A stretch of 64,000 nucleotides of DNA, from NCBI RefSeq assembly GCF_964355755.1, contig NC_092678.1, positions 7,084,422 through 7,148,421 of the forward strand, read 5' to 3'. Under the pieces are notes generated by a model. That model saw only the letters and a program-made list of their open reading frames with translations, had not been told where the DNA came from and did no database searches. Shown in pieces: positions 62,201 to 64,000 of this stretch; the stretch's first letter is position 1; each line of letters opens with the position of its first letter. A program made the position numbers and the translations under genes. The stretch comes from Antedon mediterranea. Its lineage: Eukaryota > Animalia > Echinodermata.

Positions 62201-63243
62201 CCATTTGCATTTCCATAGCAACATTGATCAGTTTAACTAACTCAACAATTATTAGAATCAGAGGCTCCCCTAATAACTTTGATATACTGTATATTTTTTT
62301 TATTCTTTCTGTTATATTTGTTCTTATATGTACTTAAACTGACCCGGGGAGAGTTTATGAGTGGGAGATAATAAGGTAATAAAATTACCGGAATTTGTAC
62401 TAACTAAACTCATATTAAAGACCGGTTTTCTAGAAGCATATAAAATAGAATACTACCGTATTCATGCATTACGCATTCATGATTCAGTATTTTAAAATGT
62501 GTTGCTCTGTAGAAATCAACAATATTCATAATGTAATTCATAATACTGTACACCTAAGTAGATTATTGTCATTTGATTGGAAGATTGTGATTCATTACTT
62601 CATTGAACACTTGCGTCACCAATCATGCAGTGTGGGTATAATACGCAATGAATTTTGTTATTTCCAGTTGAATTTCGTTATACTGATTGTGTTAGTCTAG
62701 GTTCTAGACGGAGTTTTTAGTCTACAGCTCACTATTTCGGTCGGTTGTTCGGTCGGTCGGTAAACATTAACTTAGATTTGCGCACGCGACCGCAGCGATG
62801 TATATGGCCTTGTTATTTAAAATGTAAGTGTATTGAATGTTTGTATTCATAAACATTCATTATGTGATATACCAAGAATTTTGAAATAGGCAATCAATTT
62901 ACCAATCACAAGTAATAAAATGAAAAATGATGATGAGCCAAAGGGTGTCTAGATTTTCGAGATCTAAGAAAATAAGATATCTTAGTTTTCTAGATCTAGT
63001 TTTCTAGACACCATGAGCCAAATAAAATAACTAGAAATAAAATAACCAATTATCTTTGTTATTTGTAGCTTAGTTATGATATATTAATACAAAGTTTAAA
63101 AACATACTTTGAGTAGCAATTTGTAGAATTCCTCACTTATATTAATGCTTCCCCGCCCTAAGAAGAACTTAAATGTTTGAGATATGTTGACGTTTCTTTG
63201 GCTTAATATCAATTCAGTATGAACAGTTTTTTTAAAGTCGGAT
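44205..63243 (-). CDS. Alpha-2,8-sialyltransferase (ST8Sia family, GT29), 5' end outside the window
   Basis: Exons 63243-63108, 62090-61975, 47735-47646, 45479-45238, 44425-44205 with matching phases. Sialylmotif L ([20 protein letters not shown]...FVIR|CNAPP...[14 protein letters not shown]), S (ISTG|FY...[12 protein letters not shown]), III (YHYYE), VS (HAFNKEF) and the ST8-type C-terminal Cys are present. Confidence 0.9.
44970..45230. mobile_element. MITE with TTTCACATCGCG inverted ends
   Basis: CTTTCACATCGCG near 44971 pairs with CGCGATGTGAAAG near 45212; it abuts a sialyltransferase donor site. Confidence 0.5.
45879..47499. mobile_element. Non-autonomous hAT element carrying captured gene fragments
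   Basis: TIR CAGTGGTGGTGCCAG / CTGGCGCCACCCCTG (13 of 15 match). Perfect 8-bp TSD TACTACTG at 45871-45878 and 47500-47507. Subterminal TAGCCCCC..CGTCGGGG repeats and an internal direct duplication of about 325 bp. Confidence 0.9.
46462..46925 (-). pseudogene. Captured exon fragments resembling an animal haem peroxidase
   Basis: Fragment ...PSGLPS ends at donor 46842|GTGAG and joins in phase to exon 46634-46462 (AYVDAVHD...[13 protein letters not shown]...|GTAAGT). This resembles LPSARxVS..H and QWGQFLDHDIT of peroxidases. Confidence 0.45.
47950..48810 (-). mobile_element. Highly decayed LINE reverse transcriptase fragment
   Basis: Frameshifted remnants [21 protein letters not shown] and FADD on the minus strand. 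Confidence 0.6.
49020..50097. repeat. 50-bp tandem satellite, about 21 copies
   Basis: Unit AATGTACAGTAAACCTCTTAACGTAGACATACGGTGGTTTAGTTTTTCTA, highly homogeneous. Confidence 0.95.
50120..52702 (-). CDS. Toll-like receptor, multiple-cysteine-cluster type, intronless (TLR-A)
   Basis: Signal-like segment, LRRs, internal LRRCT (NPLSC...CTRP), second LRR block, LRRCT ([12 protein letters not shown]), TM ([19 protein letters not shown]) and TIR ([24 protein letters not shown]). Start is ATG 52702 or 52690. Confidence 0.95.
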   Translation of the reverse strand: MPYSMFCSQNFKYLQFAACLLLLDLLMASSVTWSPNCEHIKISDDKEYFHPCGNLTQPNLFSCVCKFCEPVGTISSSSVCIVKEQEDFDYDFNLPPSTETNIMCFPTTNETQLDSGIVFNPAFLEQCGSPRILNTTCKVIGIKDKLASHLYSLDTLQIIYANINDRIHPSLRELTNISNLILSANNLTSLPAYGLCAMNNTCTLKLLDISLNKLRYISKKAFDGLVFLESLYLNMNDLHTVYMNMWLKSLPFLRTFSAKLNKIEMVLQNGVSSINHSRIEILDLSKNNITHWPCALGFQNLTSLKISHNAISLFDDKCFQFPLLKNLYIQYNKFSKIPENVFSHVKFDLINIFMEGNPLSCVFPHESCEAIRYLLRNKKGYFNAHIFIKDYEAVRCTRPHKLANKTLASLNYKDENIHCDIPNNLSCLYYERVCDYLKVYNCSFRSWQSDLPKDTNILYMIGSLKLNNVSRISSTFVVNYNILRLYLNHNAIVAYSQRAFDGLTNLRILSLNDNNISEVNLAFENLPFLEVLSLNNNNINKVNAASFSNNVNLTHLYLHNNLLETLPSGVFDALTNLEMISLHNNIFKCECNLLWLKKWINNNINIVSRPGDILCVNAYNGMSTSNVPILQLLDMYFICAGSGGNDGTIYAIIVSLLTLIVFIVAVIVVRRRKYIRWYVYIKYGNRLFANEDDDDGDVKKYDAFISYSSLDYQVVLYDLAPVLEGRDPPYRLCLHYRDFPVGASIADTIIETVAASRRTILLLSPNFLQSEWCLLEFKVAYEQVLNDRMNRLIVILLEDILEDKLDKNLKKYLSTNNYIHWNDPLFWEKLYKLLPNVDQRLNKLIKAKTEEYNFAEEIAI
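54080..54185 (+). mobile_element. L2-type LINE/SINE 3' tail
   Basis: TGTAAAGCGCATTGAG...AATGCGCTATAT stem-loop followed by (TTA)n. Confidence 0.55.
54306..58208. mobile_element. 3.9-kb Kolobok-like non-autonomous DNA transposon between the two TLRs
   Basis: TIR GAGCCATTGTCTGTAA(A/G)AATCAAAGA (26 bp, one mismatch), TTAA TSD at 54302-54305 and 58209-58212, extended imperfect subterminal inverted similarity, no transposase ORF. Confidence 0.85.
56056..56567. mobile_element. Nested Tc1/mariner-like MITE
   Basis: CAGTTGAACCTTCCGTGAGCGGCCACC at left; repeated GGTGGCCGCTTACGGGAGG...CTG|TA at right. Confidence 0.5.
58327..60945 (+). CDS. Toll-like receptor, multiple-cysteine-cluster type, intronless CDS (TLR-B), 872 aa
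   Basis: Signal peptide, LRRs, internal LRRCT (NPLHCGC...CSAP), second LRR block, LRRCT ([12 protein letters not shown]), TM and TIR ([24 protein letters not shown]). Confidence 0.96.
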   Translation: MTFTILLGLYVTLMFQTYVATETICGYETCFGNPTIGNFSVCTCYDFCEITINMYDHAIKKSIECTLRDDQDLFQLFDSLPVTERIIFSCDVPSGMYELNDTMVSKHSFTLKSFQSKGCRFKLIDEYTFADFNLTEVIIVDGNISNNSIAAFRSIHSLKTLNLDYNHFTQLGDYAFCKENVTCPLQTLSLRFSFIQDVSILTFKGLSKLKDLDLCGNDLKTVPIDKWSYLVSLTNVDLSKNSIQYLPSYTPLGIIERFDVSQNKLTRYNLKMGRGTFNNLLYLNVSHNELSIIKRKDFVLYGVRVADLSFNNIHLIEEDGFDDVGYLKILDLRHNLLTQIPDNYHNEIEYLDFLSRNVIGIYFDGNPLHCGCSRVRDLKNGNGTQTDNISVLDYDQLMCSAPYSSAGQLVSQVSLEDVLCPLNWTSDAYNCSTYYRMSPDSYIIANCSYNYLPNALVGNINILDFSGSLRMSNVYYLVSHMMRLEHLYGLFLSDNLLYDMQNDTFIGIASLRALYLDRNNFTELTNELEPLAELEEIHMENNSLQHIDKDAFVNNTNLTHIYLHNNNLEVLPEGIFDSLNQLRYLSIQNNPYTCTCGNRWLKFWLKENKNVVENSSNIVCFTGSYSKPLLSLADDDFHCKDDDVTVVNVNKFTSIIAVSSVSLLLLIFSVIAFKFRRTIRVVLYVRFGISILHNETAGKDDDNIYDAFISYSNDDFPLVMNSFVPKLEGITSPYKLCIRDRDFLVGDCIATAIIDTVNVSRRTVILLSRAFLADKWCIMQFKAAHQYALQQQRDHLIVVLLENIPPEDIVNEDIKFYLSSNTYVEWNDPLFWEKLCFALPKENATAREARLRGDAEMDNKGYQPDVLLNEQM

Positions 63244-64000
63244 CTATAAAAGAAGAAAGATTGAAAACACTCAAAGAAGCTTTTTATTTGCTCAATGTTA
63301 TTTGAAAAAGACAAAAACATGTGATATGCCTATACGGCCATGATGACGTCATATCACTACGATAGTTTGAGTTTAACACTGAGCATATATAATTATTTTG
63401 TAGAATAATTCAAAATATTACGAAACATTCAGAATCAGAATCAGAATAATTTTGTTGATCTCCAAAGGAGAAATTCATTTGCTAAAAGTTAAAATAATTA
63501 AAATATTAAAAATGTATAAATATAAAAATATTAAAAGTTTACATAGTAATGATATAAAAAGTACGATAAAAACAATACATAGGCCTATAAAGAGAATACA
63601 AGCACCAATAATAACAAGAAACAAACCCCCACCCCCCACCCCCAAGTTACATACATAAAAACAATTCAAAATATACATTGTATACTCATATAGACACTAT
63701 CAACAAATTTAAATTTCAAATTAATTTTCCTTTCTTCTTTCTTATCATAAAATTATATCAACATTAGAGAGGTTTCGCAATCTTACGAATACGATAACGA
63801 AAACGGATACGTCACGCACACGTATTCGTTTTCGTAAGCCATAAAAAAATCTGTTTCGCATGGCAACGAAATATTGAGGCGCGTCCAAAATATGACTGCG
63901 GTAAATTTGAGCGAAGCGCGGGTACGTGTTGTTCGGTGCTTGGCTGCCTAGGCCTAGCGTAACATCAAAGCGAGTGAGGACTTTAAAAACTGCTATTTAT

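Overview
AT-rich animal nuclear DNA with spliced genes and many transposons. It is most likely a marine invertebrate deuterostome such as an echinoderm, inferred from intronless TLRs, an ST8Sia gene, Deu/Nin-type SINEs and abundant TAGGCCTA. Genes built by hand from GT/AG boundaries and reading-frame continuity: a probable GEX1/KAR5/Brambleberry-like first exon (-), monoglyceride lipase (+, 7 coding exons), calcyphosin-like EF-hand protein (-, 4 coding exons) and an alpha-2,8-sialyltransferase (-, 5 exons visible, 5' end outside the window). Two nested-gene arrangements stand out. (1) A divergent pair of intronless multiple-cysteine-cluster Toll-like receptors lies inside the 14.2-kb intron that splits sialylmotif L of the sialyltransferase. 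(2) A compact non-RD tyrosine-kinase-like gene with its own TATA box lies antisense inside the 12.3-kb calcyphosin intron. Mobile DNA includes a young LINE with a 14-bp TSD, a Helitron, a hAT element with a perfect 8-bp TSD carrying captured peroxidase-like exons, Kolobok-like and Harbinger-like MITEs, two SINE families (one sharing its 3' tail with an L2-type LINE in the window) and four tandem arrays. Family assignments come from motif recognition only; no database search was run.
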